Shown here in pieces: positions 40,627 through 58,014 of a stretch of DNA of 64,000 nucleotides. The first letter of the stretch is position 1. Every line of letters starts with the position of its first letter. The translations under genes and the position numbers were made by a program. A model generated the notes under the pieces. That model made no database searches and had not been told where the DNA came from. It saw nothing but the letters and a program-made list of their open reading frames with translations. Source of the stretch: Rozella allomycis CSF55 (taxonomy: Eukaryota); assembly GCA_000442015.1 (NCBI GenBank), contig KE561209.1:431607-495606 (forward strand), given 5' to 3'.

Positions 40627-42190
40627 ATGAGTTTAAGGATGGCATTGCTCAAAGGAAGACTTGTAACATTGGTATATTATTTTGAATAGTGCAAAGGAAT
40701 TGCTAAATTTAAATATCTCCGCTTTGTAGTTCTTGCGTTATCATCATTGCTTTTAGTAGGAGGTTACTACGTAAGTTAAATTCCTGATTTCCTTGTTCTA
40801 TTTTCAATCTTTATATTGCTTAGGGTTTTCAAAAATTTAAATTTAGAGTTACGATAATCCAGCTTACCTCAACCTTCTCCTGCAAGACTGGATGAAGACG
40901 GATTCAAAAAGCCATCAGTATCAAATTGCATCGTTCTATACTGCCTATTCAATACCTAATATTGTTTTACCATTTTTTGGCGGCATGATGGTTGATAAAT
41001 GGGGAAATAGGAAGTTGATAATTTCATTTTCTTTGATTGTGTGTGCTGGTACTTTATTTACTTGTTTCTTATAAGGTCAGTTGATGTTTGCAGTGGCCAC
41101 AGCTTATAGATCTTTCATATTCATGCTCCTTGGAAGGATATTGTTGGGCATTGGTCTGGAATCTTTAGGTGTTGCTCAAACAACATTTATTACATCATGG
41201 TTTCGAGGACAAGAATGTGCATTTGCTCTTGGTATTGTTCTTAGTGTATCTAGGTTTGGTAATGTCTTGAACGACAATTTGACGCCTTATGTGGCAAGTC
41301 GTTTTAATGTGCCAATATCATTATTTGTGTCTTTCATATTATGCATATTTTCTTTTATTAGTGGATTATTTCTCATCGCTATAGATTGGGCGGTGAAGGA
41401 ATACAACAAAAGTACATCACCACGCTCCATTGCAAGTACGAGGGATGAAGATGAAAAATCTACTACTGAATCTACTACTGAAAGCAAATATTCCACCTAT
41501 TTTTCACAAGTCAAGAATCTCAATTCGACATTTTGGCTATCTTGTTTATGCGTAATTTGTTATTATGGCGCCACAACCCCGTTTAATAATATTTCCTCTC
41601 AACTATTGCAAGCCAAATGGAAAGTAGACCCAGAAGAAGCAGGTTCTCTGATGAGCATTACCGACACTTTAAGTGCAATCTCCGTACCATTTTTTGGACT
41701 TGTATTTGACAATTATGGTTTTAGATCGGTAACAATGATTATTTCAGGAGTTTTTATTGGATTGTTTCATTGTCTTATCAGTTTTACGCATTTCCATCCA
41801 TCACTACCTTTGACAATTCTTGGGTTATGCTATGGCATGTTTGCATCATCATTTTGGTCATCTATATCCTTGCTTGTGCCTCCATCAACACTGGCTTCTG
41901 CTTATGGCATTGCCACTGGCGCATTAAATGGGTCATTATCTATTGCTCCTCTTTTTGTGGCATATTTAGTTAGCTACGATTATACGTATGCGGCAGTAGA
42001 AATGGCGTTCTTAATTATCATTGTATTTGGAACTATTCTAGCAATTATAATCAGACTTTTAGATAAAGGCAATGATAATGTTCTGGATAAGCCTGAAAAA
42101 TGCATGAAGATTGAACACGAAATTGATGAAACTGAAAACCTACTAACTGAAAGGTGCTTAAGCCTTAATACCCATTTATGGAATAGATAA
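40627..42190 (+). CDS. MFSD1: MFSD1-like lysosomal/vacuolar MFS transporter (start approximate)
   Basis: YYSYDNP, YSIPNIVLPFFGG..VD, GRILLGIG.ESL, WFRGQE.AFALG; multiple transmembrane segments. Confidence 0.8.
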
Positions 42191-42258
42191 ATAAATATTT
42201 TTATTTAATCTGGATTTTGTTTCCTATTTTCAAAATTGTATACCTAATACCCTTGCAT

Positions 42259-43194
42259 ATGTCTTGGTCATCACTTCGCCAAACCTGTTTGTTAAAGCAA
42301 CCACCGCTTCAATCAACTATTAGTATTAATCCAATTCGCCAAACTTTAACTTTCTTTAGCCGACCAGTGGTTAAGTATACTGCGTCAAGTGAAAAAGAGC
42401 TTGATGGATTTCATGAAGGAAGTCACAGGTCTTTAAGAATTGCGCAATTTAAAAATGATTCCAAAGGAATTAGATCAATTACAAATTATTTGAGTAATGT
42501 TTCTTAATGCAATAGAAATAGAGCCAGCGCCATTGTTTACTAATCAGCGTCGTCATTATTCAAGCTCCAATGATGGATTTTTTATTGCAAAAGAAGATCC
42601 TAATTATGAAACAACTCAGGCGCCAGATTGGTCATACATGAGGCGCCAAAACCCTAATGCTGATGACAACCGTACTTTTACATATCTGGTGGTTGGTGCA
42701 TACAGTGTCTTTGGTACTATTGCTGCTAAATGCACAGTGGCTACTTGTTTGGAATATTTGGCGCCCCCTAAATGTGCTATTGCAGCTGGATCAGTTGAAG
42801 TAGATTTGAGCAATATTCCTGTAGGAAAAAGTACAATTGTAACTTGGAGAGGAAAACCAATTTTTATTCGTCACAGAACAGAAGATGATATAAAATTGGC
42901 CAATGATGTAGATTTAAGCACACTGCGTGATCCGCAATCAGATAGTGACAGAGTCCAAAAGCCAGAGTGGTTAGTAATGATTGGTATATGTACTCATCTT
43001 GGATGTATTCCTACTGGTGATTCTGGTGACTTTAACGGATGGTTCTGTCCATGTCAGTAAGTGTGATCTTAATTTGAAACTGTAGTGGATCTCACTATGA
43101 TAGCAGTGGAAGAATCAGACTTGGACCAGCTCCGCTTAATCTTGAAGTACCAAAATATGAATTTCTGAGTGATACTACGATTAAGCTCGGTTAA
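42259..43194 (+). CDS. RIP1: Cytochrome bc1 Rieske iron-sulfur protein
   Basis: [29 protein letters not shown] split by an intron at 43057-43085, [10 protein letters not shown]. Confidence 0.97.
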
Positions 43195-43253
43195 TAAATG
43201 TGCCTTTCTTTCATTTTGTTTCTATTCTTTGTGGCTTGTGCCAGGCTGCCAGC

Positions 43254-46549
<3,296 letters not shown>

Positions 46550-46630
46550 TATTTTGAGTAAATTATGTTTTATTGGGGAAAATTTACATAACGATTAAAA
46601 TTGTTTCTAGAGATTTAGTAATTTTCGAGA

Positions 46631-49600
46631 ATGAATCGCGCCAAAACTACGTTAGAACTTGAAAAGGAAGTGGAACATCTTTTAAAAGAAAAGAGGTTAA
46701 AAGGTAACCATTTTAAAGATTTAACAGAGAAAATCAAATTGACGCTCTTGAAAATGCACTAAACACTAGTAGAAAAAAGGGTGATACATTAAAGGAAGAT
46801 TTGCTGAATTCCCAAAAGCAATTAAATCAAGAGAGAGAAAACATAAGAGAAATGGAATTAGATTTAAAAAAGAAGGGAGAAGTAAAAATCTATAAAATGT
46901 AAAACAGGAAATCAAGCACTTGACGATGAATGTTGAAAAGCAGAATCGCGATAATCAAAATCTAACAGAGAAATTTAATCAAGAGAAAAAGACTAGATTG
47001 CATATGCAAAAAGGTAAATTTTGCGATTAAGTATAAGAATAGTTGTTGACAATTTGAATATGCAAGTGCAACACTTGAACCAGCAGATAATGAAAATGAA
47101 GGATCAAAAAGAGAATAGCCTGATAGGATTGAGGAATAAAGAAAACGTTTCGCCGATATCGAATATTCCAAACCCAACGAAAAGTTTAATTCCTAATCCC
47201 ACTAATTTTAAAAAGACTTCTGATGACATTAAAGGTGGGGAGATGCCAACCCCTTTGATGTCATTTAATGCACCTAATCCGCAGCTTGCTTCATTGAAGA
47301 CTGTGAATGTGAAATTGGAGAATGAATTGATCGTTTCGCAAAAGAAGAATGAACAACTTGAATCTAATGTGAGTGATTTGATGAAAGAAAAGAAACGAAT
47401 GGCGGAAGAAATCAAAGAATTGCAGGGGTCGATAATGAAATTTCAGAATTCAAATAAACAAGAGCAAGAAAAGAATGTCTTGTTGAATAAACAAATTGAA
47501 CATTTGAAATCTGAATTAGAAAAGAAACAAATGGAGGTGAATGAGTCTCAATTGACATTGTTGTCACATGATGATGAAGTGAACCAATTGCAAAAAAAGA
47601 TGAAAATATTCCAACAGGATTTTGAAAAGAATGAAAAGGAAATAAAAACTTTGAAACAAGGGTATCAAGAAAAGGAAAGAGAAAATTCAGAAATAAAGAA
47701 AGAGATTGATGAATTAAAGGAACACGAAGATCAATTAATAAAAGAAAATGATTTTTTGAAAGCAAAGCAAGAAGGGATTATAAGAGAGAATGAAGATCTG
47801 AAGAGAGGGTTGGAAAACGTAAAGTCAGAAATTGAAAAGAAGAAAGTAGAAGTTAAATCTAAAGAAGATGAAATGAAAAAGATTGAAAAAGAGTTTGAAA
47901 AGAGAGAAAATGATTTGAAAAATGAAAATTTAGAATTTAGAAACCTTTCTGAAATTTCTGAAATAAAGATTAAAAATATTGAAATTGAAAAGAATCAAAA
48001 ATTGAAAGAAAAAGAAGCGGAAATCAATAAAAGAGATGAGGAAATTAAAAATTATTTGATAAAGATGCAACAAGTTGAAAAGGATTATCTTTACAAGATT
48101 GAAATTGAACAGAAGAAACAAAGGGAAATTTTGCAGCAATTGGAAGAGCAACAACAGCAAGTTAGAAGGAAGACTGAAGAGAATGAAGCGATTGAGAAAA
48201 ATAATAGCAAGTTGAAATGTGAATTGAATGAAAAGGAAGAAGAAATAAATAAATTGAGAAATGAATTGAAAAGTTTTAAAGTTGAAATGATTGAATTAAA
48301 GGAAGCGCAAAAGATGAAAGAAGAAATTGTAAAGGAAAGAATGCAAGGGGAAATTAATGAAAAAGAAGAAGAAGAAAATTTGAATGAAATTCTTTTAGAA
48401 AAATTACGAAATGAACAAATAAATTATTCTTTATTGTTGGAAGATTTTGATTCTGAAAGATTAAAGTTACAAAATGAAATTAAAAAAATAACCCTGGAAA
48501 AGAATAATCTAATCTCTGAATTTGAAAATGAAAAATTGAATTTAATAAATAAATTTTCAAATGAAATTGAATCTGAAAAAGAAAATTCCAAATTGTTGAA
48601 TGAAAATTTGAATTTTGAATTGAAGGAATTATCTAGATCTATTTCTGAAATTTCTAAAGTAAATGAAAATTTAAAATCTGAAAATTTAAAAATAGATCAG
48701 GAAATTTCTAAAATAAAAGAAGAAAATTTTGAAAAAGAAAAAGAAAAAATGAAAGAAATTTCAGAATTAAATCAAAGAATTTTTTCATTAAATTTAGAAA
48801 TTGAAAATTTGAAGAAAGAAAATAAAGAATTATTAATTTCTGAACAAGGTTTATTAGACAAGATTGAATCATTTTATATGAAGAATTCTATTCTTGAAGA
48901 TCAATTGAAGAATTTAAATCTAAAATTAGAAAATGAGATTTTTGAAAAGGAAAACATTTTAAAAGATTATCAATTTAAATTAAATCAAGCCGATCAAATC
49001 ATTCTGAAAAATCATCAAAATATTTTAGAATTAAAATCAAAAATTAAAGAATTTGAAGGTGAAGGTGAAGGGGTTAAAATGGAAGGAAATGAGATTGAAG
49101 AAATTGAAATAGTTAGAGTCGATGACGAAGAAAGAGTTAGAGTCAATGAATCTCTCAGGGAAGAAGAATCTCTAAAGGAAGAAGAATCTCTCAGGGAAGG
49201 AGAGTCTCTTAAAGTAGAAGAATCTTTAAAGGAAGAAGAATCTATTAAAGTAGAAGAAAAATCATTTAGTGAAATTGGAATTCAAGTGGATTGTTTAATT
49301 AAAGAAAATTCAATTTCTTCAATTTTAAATTCCTTGTCACAATCTGAAAATCATTTAAATCAACTTGATTCATTCATAGATCATTCAATAGAAGATCAAA
49401 TTTATTCTTTAATTTATGAATTAATTGATTCATCTTGCAATCACACAATTGAAAATAAAATAGATGTTAATAAAGCAAATATCGAGGCCGATATTGATAT
49501 CGCAGCTTCTAATGTCTCTTTATCTGTTGTCTATTCGACTACCCCTCTTGAAGCTACTGTTGATAATACCTCTGCTAATCACGCGCAAACTATCCAGAAG

Positions 49601-49759
49601 GATTTACCAGTAGCAAAAAGAATTGAGATTGATGAAAATATAAACACTAATCAAATCTCAACGATAAACACAAAAAAGAGAAAATCAATTCATGCATCAA
49701 CCCCCGTAGCCTCAAAGAGAATCAAAGAATTTCAAGACGATAATTGCAAACAACAATAA
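46631..49759 (+). CDS. Long coiled-coil protein with KEN box, basic NLS and C-terminal CaaX (CKQQ)
   Basis: E/K-rich heptads over about 700 aa; ends TKKRKSIHASTPVASKRIKEFQDDNCKQQ*; 3 short 5' introns. Confidence 0.75.
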
Positions 49760-49816
49760 ATTCATTTTATTTTACTCATCTAATAACATTATTCTGTACT
49801 ATTCTCACTTGTTAAT

Positions 49817-49882
49817 TATCATTCATTTTACATCTAAATATCATTCATTTCACATCTAAATATCATTCATTTCACATCTAAA
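49817..49882. repeat. 22-bp tandem repeat x3 in intergenic/promoter DNA
   Basis: TATCATTCATTT(T/C)ACATCTAAA three times. Confidence 0.9.
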
Positions 49883-49912
49883 TTTCTCTCTTTCCTCCAT
49901 AGTGGCTTGGCG

Positions 49913-52888
49913 ATGAAGGATTTTACTTCAAGTTGCGTTCAAGGAACAAACGATAGTTCTTCAAAATCTAAAGCCTCTATGGAATCCCTTGGCTATTTAC
50001 CAAATTCTAAAATTAATCTTTTTCTCTCCCAAAAAGTTCCAAAAAGAGCTCCTTTGATAAACAGAGGCTACTATCTAAGATGTCATATTATTCAATCTTT
50101 AATCAAAAAGTTAATAACTGAAAATGAAATACATCAAATTATTAACATTGGCTGCGGTTTCGACACTCTCTTCCATTCTATCCTCGAGAATTTCAAATCT
50201 GTCAAATTCATCGACGTTGACTTTCCTGAATTACTAGAAAGAAAAAATCAAATTATCAATCAAAATGTTTTTGGCAATCTAGAAAATTATTCTTCAGTTG
50301 GTTGTGATTTAAGAGATTTGAATAACGTGGAAGCATTGCTTGTTGAAAATGGAGTTGATTTTAGTAAAAAGACTTTATTTTTGGCTGAATGCGTTTTAAC
50401 TTATGTGCCTCATGACCAAGTTCAAGCAATATTATCATGGATGACTCGTAAATTTGATGCGTGTGCCTTTATACTTTATGAGCAGGTTATAACCAAAGAA
50501 TCAACTTTTGCACATTATTTTGATGATGCTTTTACGTTTACTATGCTTAATCACTTTGAGAAATTACAATCATCGTTACGCAATATAAGAAAATATCCCA
50601 CTTTGCCATCTATTAATAAAAGATTAATGTCATGTGGATTTGATAATGTATTGATTCATAATCTAGGAGAGTATTGGTACCATTGGCTTGATAATGATGA
50701 AAGAAATAGAATTGCCTCGTTGGAAATGTTTGATGAATACGAAGAATGGGATGTTAAAATGGGTCACTATTTTGTTTCACTGGCTTTGAAGAATATTAAG
50801 GTTGAGAATATTGTATCTAAAAATGAATTCAAGGAAACGATCACTGGGAATGTTACTTGTTTGGATTCAGTCACCTTGTCAGACTTTTGCGAGCTATCTT
50901 TACCGTTTGAAAGATGGGGACACACATCAGTACCATTGGGTAATAAAATTTATACATTTGGAGGCTTCGGGAAACAAAGATTGGATGATTTAATTATAAC
51001 AAATGCTGATGGTGAGTCTTACCCTTGCTATTCCCTACAATTCCAAAATTCATATTTGACGGAATTGAAAAAGCCTTGTGCCAGGGTATATCATGCTTCA
51101 ATTCCTATTAATAAACATCAATTTATCGTTCATGGAGGAAGAAAAAGTCCCAAGGATGCATTGAACGATTTAATGCTTTACGATATTAATCTTGATAAAT
51201 GGTTTCTAGTGAATACAATAAATAAAGGACCAAAAAGATTTAGACACAAAATACTTGCAAAGAATGGAAATATTTATGTCATTGGAGGATTGGGTGAAGA
51301 CATTCAAGACAGTTTGTGGGAGTTAAACGTGGAAAGGATGGAATGGAATTGTATTTCAAGTGAACAAAGTCTTTGTAGATTTTCTTTTACATTAGAAATT
51401 TTTGATGATAAAATTTATGTTTTGGGTGGAAGATCGTCACTTTGCCCAGAAAGCGACACTGTCATTCCATTCGTTCTTAATTTCTCTATAGAAACGTTAA
51501 AATTTAGTAGTTTTGATCTTTACAGCTCTGAAGGTGATAAATTGCCACTTCGTTATTCTCATTCTTCAACTCAATTATGGGGTGCTTCTGTTATGTTGAT
51601 AGGAGGTGTTTCAAAGGGTCTAAATCATAACACTCCAAATATTGATCATTCTTTAACAATTTCTGTTATAGATTTAGCCAATAAAAGCTGGATAAACATC
51701 CCAAGACCTGATAGTGTTGTTGCGAAACATTACACATTCGATGGCGTTAGTCAGTCTTCTTATGAAAGAGAGCATCTTTCAATGTGGATTGGTCATTCTT
51801 TATGTGCTTTCAGTAAAGAAGATAATCAAATTGAAGTTTATTTGATGGGCGGTGGGATGACTTGCTTTTCAATGGGGACTTTTTATGATAAACCTTGCAC
51901 ATTTAAAGTTAAAAGGAATTTAGTAGATGAATTGATCGTTGATATGAAACTTGAAAGCTCGCCATTTAATAAAGTTGATATAATAGAATGCTCAACTCCA
52001 GAGCATTTTAATCAAATCCTCTCAATGGATCGCCCTGTAGTTATCAAAAAATCATTTCCGAAATTTCAGAGTGTAATCGATTTGAAAAGATACTTTAAAG
52101 AAACAGATTTGGTGTCAATTCATACATGTGAATCTGAATATTTGCAATTCACTCCCAGAAACTATACATTTGAAACAATTTTAGCTCATAAATTTCTAGA
52201 TAATATTTCTCAACACAAGACCTTTTGCTACTTGAGATCCATTGGTGAGAATCCAAGAAAACAAGCTTCTGACATTTTCTCTTCAATTCCTAATCTTTAC
52301 GATGATTTAAACATCGAAGAAGTTTTTCCATTCACGAATCCTCAAAATCCAAGATACTTTTCAAGTGTCTTTAGAGTGTCTTCTGCTGGCTTAAGATTAT
52401 GGACCCACTATGATATCATGGATAATATTTTAATTCATTTATGTGGAAAGAAAACTGTCACCTTATGGCCTCCAGAAGCTGTTGCTCATCTCTACACCCA
52501 AGGATCATCTTCTCCTGTCATCCACTTTGAAACATTAGAAGATTTAGTTTCTCATCCATTGTTTTCTAGATTCAAACCAGTTCAAGTTACTCTCAATCCT
52601 GGTGACATTTTAGTTTTGCCTTCTCTCTGGTTTCATCATGTCTATTCTCATCCTGAGGTACCGACTCTGTCCATCAATGTATTCTTTAAATCTCTCGAAA
52701 ATGATTTATATGTCAAGAAAGATCTTTATGGAAATCGTGATTTGGCCCCCTTTGAAAAATTTCAAGAATTGACCAATGATTTGATTGTCAAACATTTTGA
52801 CAAATTGCCTGAAAAGTTCAAAAAGTTTTACTCGCTGAAAATGGTCATGTATTGGAAAAATTATTACAATCAACTAGTTGAAAAATAA
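49913..52888 (+). CDS. PPM2: tRNA wybutosine enzyme: LCM methyltransferase plus kelch (TYW4/PPM2) fused to JmjC hydroxylase (TYW5-like)
   Basis: VQGTNDSS..SKAS, RAPLINRGYYLR, GCGFDT, LAECVLTY; kelch GG repeats; LWTHYD.MDN and WFHHV JmjC triad; intronless. Confidence 0.9.
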   Translation: MKDFTSSCVQGTNDSSSKSKASMESLGYLPNSKINLFLSQKVPKRAPLINRGYYLRCHIIQSLIKKLITENEIHQIINIGCGFDTLFHSILENFKSVKFIDVDFPELLERKNQIINQNVFGNLENYSSVGCDLRDLNNVEALLVENGVDFSKKTLFLAECVLTYVPHDQVQAILSWMTRKFDACAFILYEQVITKESTFAHYFDDAFTFTMLNHFEKLQSSLRNIRKYPTLPSINKRLMSCGFDNVLIHNLGEYWYHWLDNDERNRIASLEMFDEYEEWDVKMGHYFVSLALKNIKVENIVSKNEFKETITGNVTCLDSVTLSDFCELSLPFERWGHTSVPLGNKIYTFGGFGKQRLDDLIITNADGESYPCYSLQFQNSYLTELKKPCARVYHASIPINKHQFIVHGGRKSPKDALNDLMLYDINLDKWFLVNTINKGPKRFRHKILAKNGNIYVIGGLGEDIQDSLWELNVERMEWNCISSEQSLCRFSFTLEIFDDKIYVLGGRSSLCPESDTVIPFVLNFSIETLKFSSFDLYSSEGDKLPLRYSHSSTQLWGASVMLIGGVSKGLNHNTPNIDHSLTISVIDLANKSWINIPRPDSVVAKHYTFDGVSQSSYEREHLSMWIGHSLCAFSKEDNQIEVYLMGGGMTCFSMGTFYDKPCTFKVKRNLVDELIVDMKLESSPFNKVDIIECSTPEHFNQILSMDRPVVIKKSFPKFQSVIDLKRYFKETDLVSIHTCESEYLQFTPRNYTFETILAHKFLDNISQHKTFCYLRSIGENPRKQASDIFSSIPNLYDDLNIEEVFPFTNPQNPRYFSSVFRVSSAGLRLWTHYDIMDNILIHLCGKKTVTLWPPEAVAHLYTQGSSSPVIHFETLEDLVSHPLFSRFKPVQVTLNPGDILVLPSLWFHHVYSHPEVPTLSINVFFKSLENDLYVKKDLYGNRDLAPFEKFQELTNDLIVKHFDKLPEKFKKFYSLKMVMYWKNYYNQLVEK

Positions 52889-52935
52889 ATCTTTAAAATA
52901 TTTTATATACAAAAACGATTTTATTGGTATTTATA

Positions 52936-53853
52936 TTATTCGCTACTTGAAGGCTCAGAATCTGATCCTTTCAGATTAGCCCGGGAATTAGACCATGATA
53001 CCAAAATTTGAGCTGCTTCAAGCATTTGCACTTGTTGATGTTTGGATAACGATAATTTGCTGGCTTCCTGCCAATGAACTGTATGCTCCCAGCGATGTTT
53101 TGTTAAACAGTTCAAATGTTTGTATCCTTTACCACAGTCAGGGCATTGATACACTGTTTGTCCATTTTGTTTCTTAACAATCACCTTTTTATGCTCTTCA
53201 GTATCAGATAAAGGGTACGTGTGAGTCATCATCTTTCCTTTTGTTCGAGAAGGACCATGATAAGGTAACGAAGGTCTTCTATGTTGAATATTAGATGCCG
53301 TCGATCCATTTTGATACGGATGCACAAGTGTTGGGACTGATTTTCTTCTTAGATCTGCCGCTTGCCTCCTAAGGGCATAGTCATAAGCTAACCATTCTTT
53401 TGTTGCAAAAGGCTTCGTTTCTTGTAATCTATGATGAGCTGGCACATGTGGCGAGGGTTGTTGCCCGTTTTGGTCGTTTTGGGAATATGATGCTAGGTTG
53501 ATCGGGCTATTGGGCTGCTCCAAAACTGATGTAGAAACTAGTGCATCGCTTGGCGACGATTTTGACAGGTATTGTGAAAATGATGTTTGCAAGCCACCAT
53601 TAGTTTCCCTGGAAGAGGACATTTGCAATGCTCCGAGGCGCTGTTCCATTGTTTGCAATTGTGACATTTGTGAAACCTTGATTGGAACTGGGGGAGGCTG
53701 TGTCGTTGATAGCTTTTGGTAATTGTTGTGTTCAGTCGATGCCAGCAACTGAATCGAAGAGTGAATCATATGAGGAACTAGGGGTTTATGGGTACGTTCG
53801 TTGGAAGAATTTGCAGACGCGTCTATAGAGGAGGTAAGTGTAGAAGTTGTCAT
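52936..53853 (-). CDS. Fungal single-C2H2 zinc-finger protein
   Basis: YQCPDCGKGYKHLNCLTKHRWEH followed by SKHQQVQMLEAAQIL. Confidence 0.8.
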   Translation of the reverse strand: MTTSTLTSSIDASANSSNERTHKPLVPHMIHSSIQLLASTEHNNYQKLSTTQPPPVPIKVSQMSQLQTMEQRLGALQMSSSRETNGGLQTSFSQYLSKSSPSDALVSTSVLEQPNSPINLASYSQNDQNGQQPSPHVPAHHRLQETKPFATKEWLAYDYALRRQAADLRRKSVPTLVHPYQNGSTASNIQHRRPSLPYHGPSRTKGKMMTHTYPLSDTEEHKKVIVKKQNGQTVYQCPDCGKGYKHLNCLTKHRWEHTVHWQEASKLSLSKHQQVQMLEAAQILVSWSNSRANLKGSDSEPSSSE

Positions 53854-54763
53854 CAAGAAGTCCAGGTGGCGTTGTTTGGTTATTAATTTGAACGTGGGTG
53901 GCGAAGCAAATTTAGGCCAAATTTTAAATTAGCAATTATTGAGAATCAAATTTTTTTATAGAAATAAAGCGAAAGGCTAAATTTATCTCGGTAGTATATC
54001 CCATCTACGCTATTGTATTCAAATTAGCCATCATTTACCTCTGGGACATTAGACTTTTAACGGAAAAAATCTATTTCAACTTAATTGGCATTTTTGGCTT
54101 CAAAGTCTTAATATTTTTTTATTTACTCGACAAATTCAAGGCTATTGAGGGATGTAGAAGTGAATGGCGAGAGCCGATGCTCACATTGACGTTTTGAACT
54201 TAGACATACGATGACCATAGTCCATAGTACATACTAAATGTTTATTTTTTACAGAAAATAACGGTGACTATTTAATCTATTTAATAAATCAGTGTCACAC
54301 ACGTATTTCATGCCCTTGAGGTTGTCTTGAAGAATTAAGTATTTCTTGAGAAAAACCTCCAACTGCCATGACCAATTACCATGGAAAAAGCGGTAATTGG
54401 TTCAAGTCAACGCTTTTTTCGCCTTCCTTTGACGAAGGATCACTAAGCCAAGTTCAGCCACATTTGTTCAACAACAATTGACAAAAGTCTCCAAAAATAG
54501 CTTTTGTGCAGTCGATAATAATTAATGATTATATTGTATTGATTATGTTGGTAGTCCTTTAAAGTTATGGGTAACAAATCAATAAAATGTTAATGCTTTC
54601 ATTATATCATATTTTCAATTCATAGTGCATTTGAGATTGCCCTGAGACACAAATTTTCGCTGAATTACGTTTTGAAGATGTAATTAAATGATTTGATATG
54701 TTTACAGATCACTTGTAAATGTGAAAATTCCGAATAGGCCGGGGCCAGTAAACAATTGTGAGA

Positions 54764-56880
<2,117 letters not shown>

Positions 56881-56917
56881 ATAAATATTACCTTTCAAAA
56901 TTTAAAACTAGTTTTAT

Positions 56918-57823
56918 TCATTTAAAGTCATAAGTCATGTTTCGTACTTTGGCATTAACATTATCTTTTGGTGTATCACTGTTAGTTTGAACATTGTTGG
57001 AGCTAGCTGTGGCCGACTTTTGCGACGACGAGATCGATGTAGTAGATTTTTGGTTACTTGTTTTAGTTGAAACTGCATTGAGTTTTGATTTCTGGTTTGC
57101 ATTTGAACTTTGTTTATTTTTTGCTAGTTTATTTGAAGAAACAACGAATGCGTCAGAAGAAGCCAATATATCCTTTGACGCAGATTTTTTCTTTTTGGCT
57201 GAAGAATTTCTATTCTTTTTCGAATCTGTAGCGGCTGCCGAATTATCTCTAACCTGCCTCTTTTCCTCCGTAATTTTGAAATATTGTATCGGTACCTTGG
57301 TCCAGTGTTTTCTTTAATTCCTCGTCGCTTGTAACTTGCGAGGGCATCATGCCGGCATTATTTGGAATTAGAGCATTTACGCCAGCGCTGAGCAAGTAAT
57401 CAACTGCTTCATTTTGATTCCCGACTGCAGCGAAATGCAGAGGTGTTGAACCGTAGTGATCCTGTTTGCTTAAATTTGCAACAGAGCCATGTTGAACCAA
57501 GGAAGATAGAATGCTGTTGTGGCCGTTTGTAGCCGCCCTTTGCAATTAATGTGGTGTGATTACCAATGAAAAGGTGTTGTTCCATAGGAATCTTCGCCTT
57601 GAACAATTGCACCGTTTTCAAGCAATAATTTGACAATCTTGTCGTAACCGAATTTAGAGGCTAGAATTAGAGGACTATTTGTGTGATATAATATTTTTTA
57701 CGTTGTACCATTTGATTTTGATTTGCAGTTAATGTTTACGTTTTGCCAGATGCATTGGTATACTTTTTCAAAGTCGCCCTCTGCGCATGCATGTAAAAGG
57801 TCATCTTCATTGTAAGGAGCCAT
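56918..57823 (-). CDS. Ankyrin-repeat protein with K/S-rich tail
   Basis: TPLILASKFG, TPFHWAATNGH, TPLHFAAVGN. Confidence 0.85.
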
Positions 57824-58014
57824 GAAAACAGAGGAATGTAAATAAACAAAAAGATTAAAGATAATAAAGGGAATTGATTACTGAATAATGAATTCATAAC
57901 TTTTATATAATTTTCATACTAGTGTAATTTCTATTGACCAATTTAAGTTAATTTTCACCTCAAAATTAAAAGGGGTAATTCTAGAAATTTCCATTTTGCG
58001 AGAACCCTTGTAAA

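Noticed and set aside
40771-40846. 76-nt MFSD1 intron as another compound intron
   Set aside because: The internal AG is followed by GG, not GT, and the pieces are 53 + 23 nt. It looks like an ordinary long intron and is a counter-example to a strict ruler.
53860-54760. ncRNA in the largest intergenic region
   Set aside because: No recognisable tRNA, snRNA or snoRNA motifs; probably a divergent promoter region.
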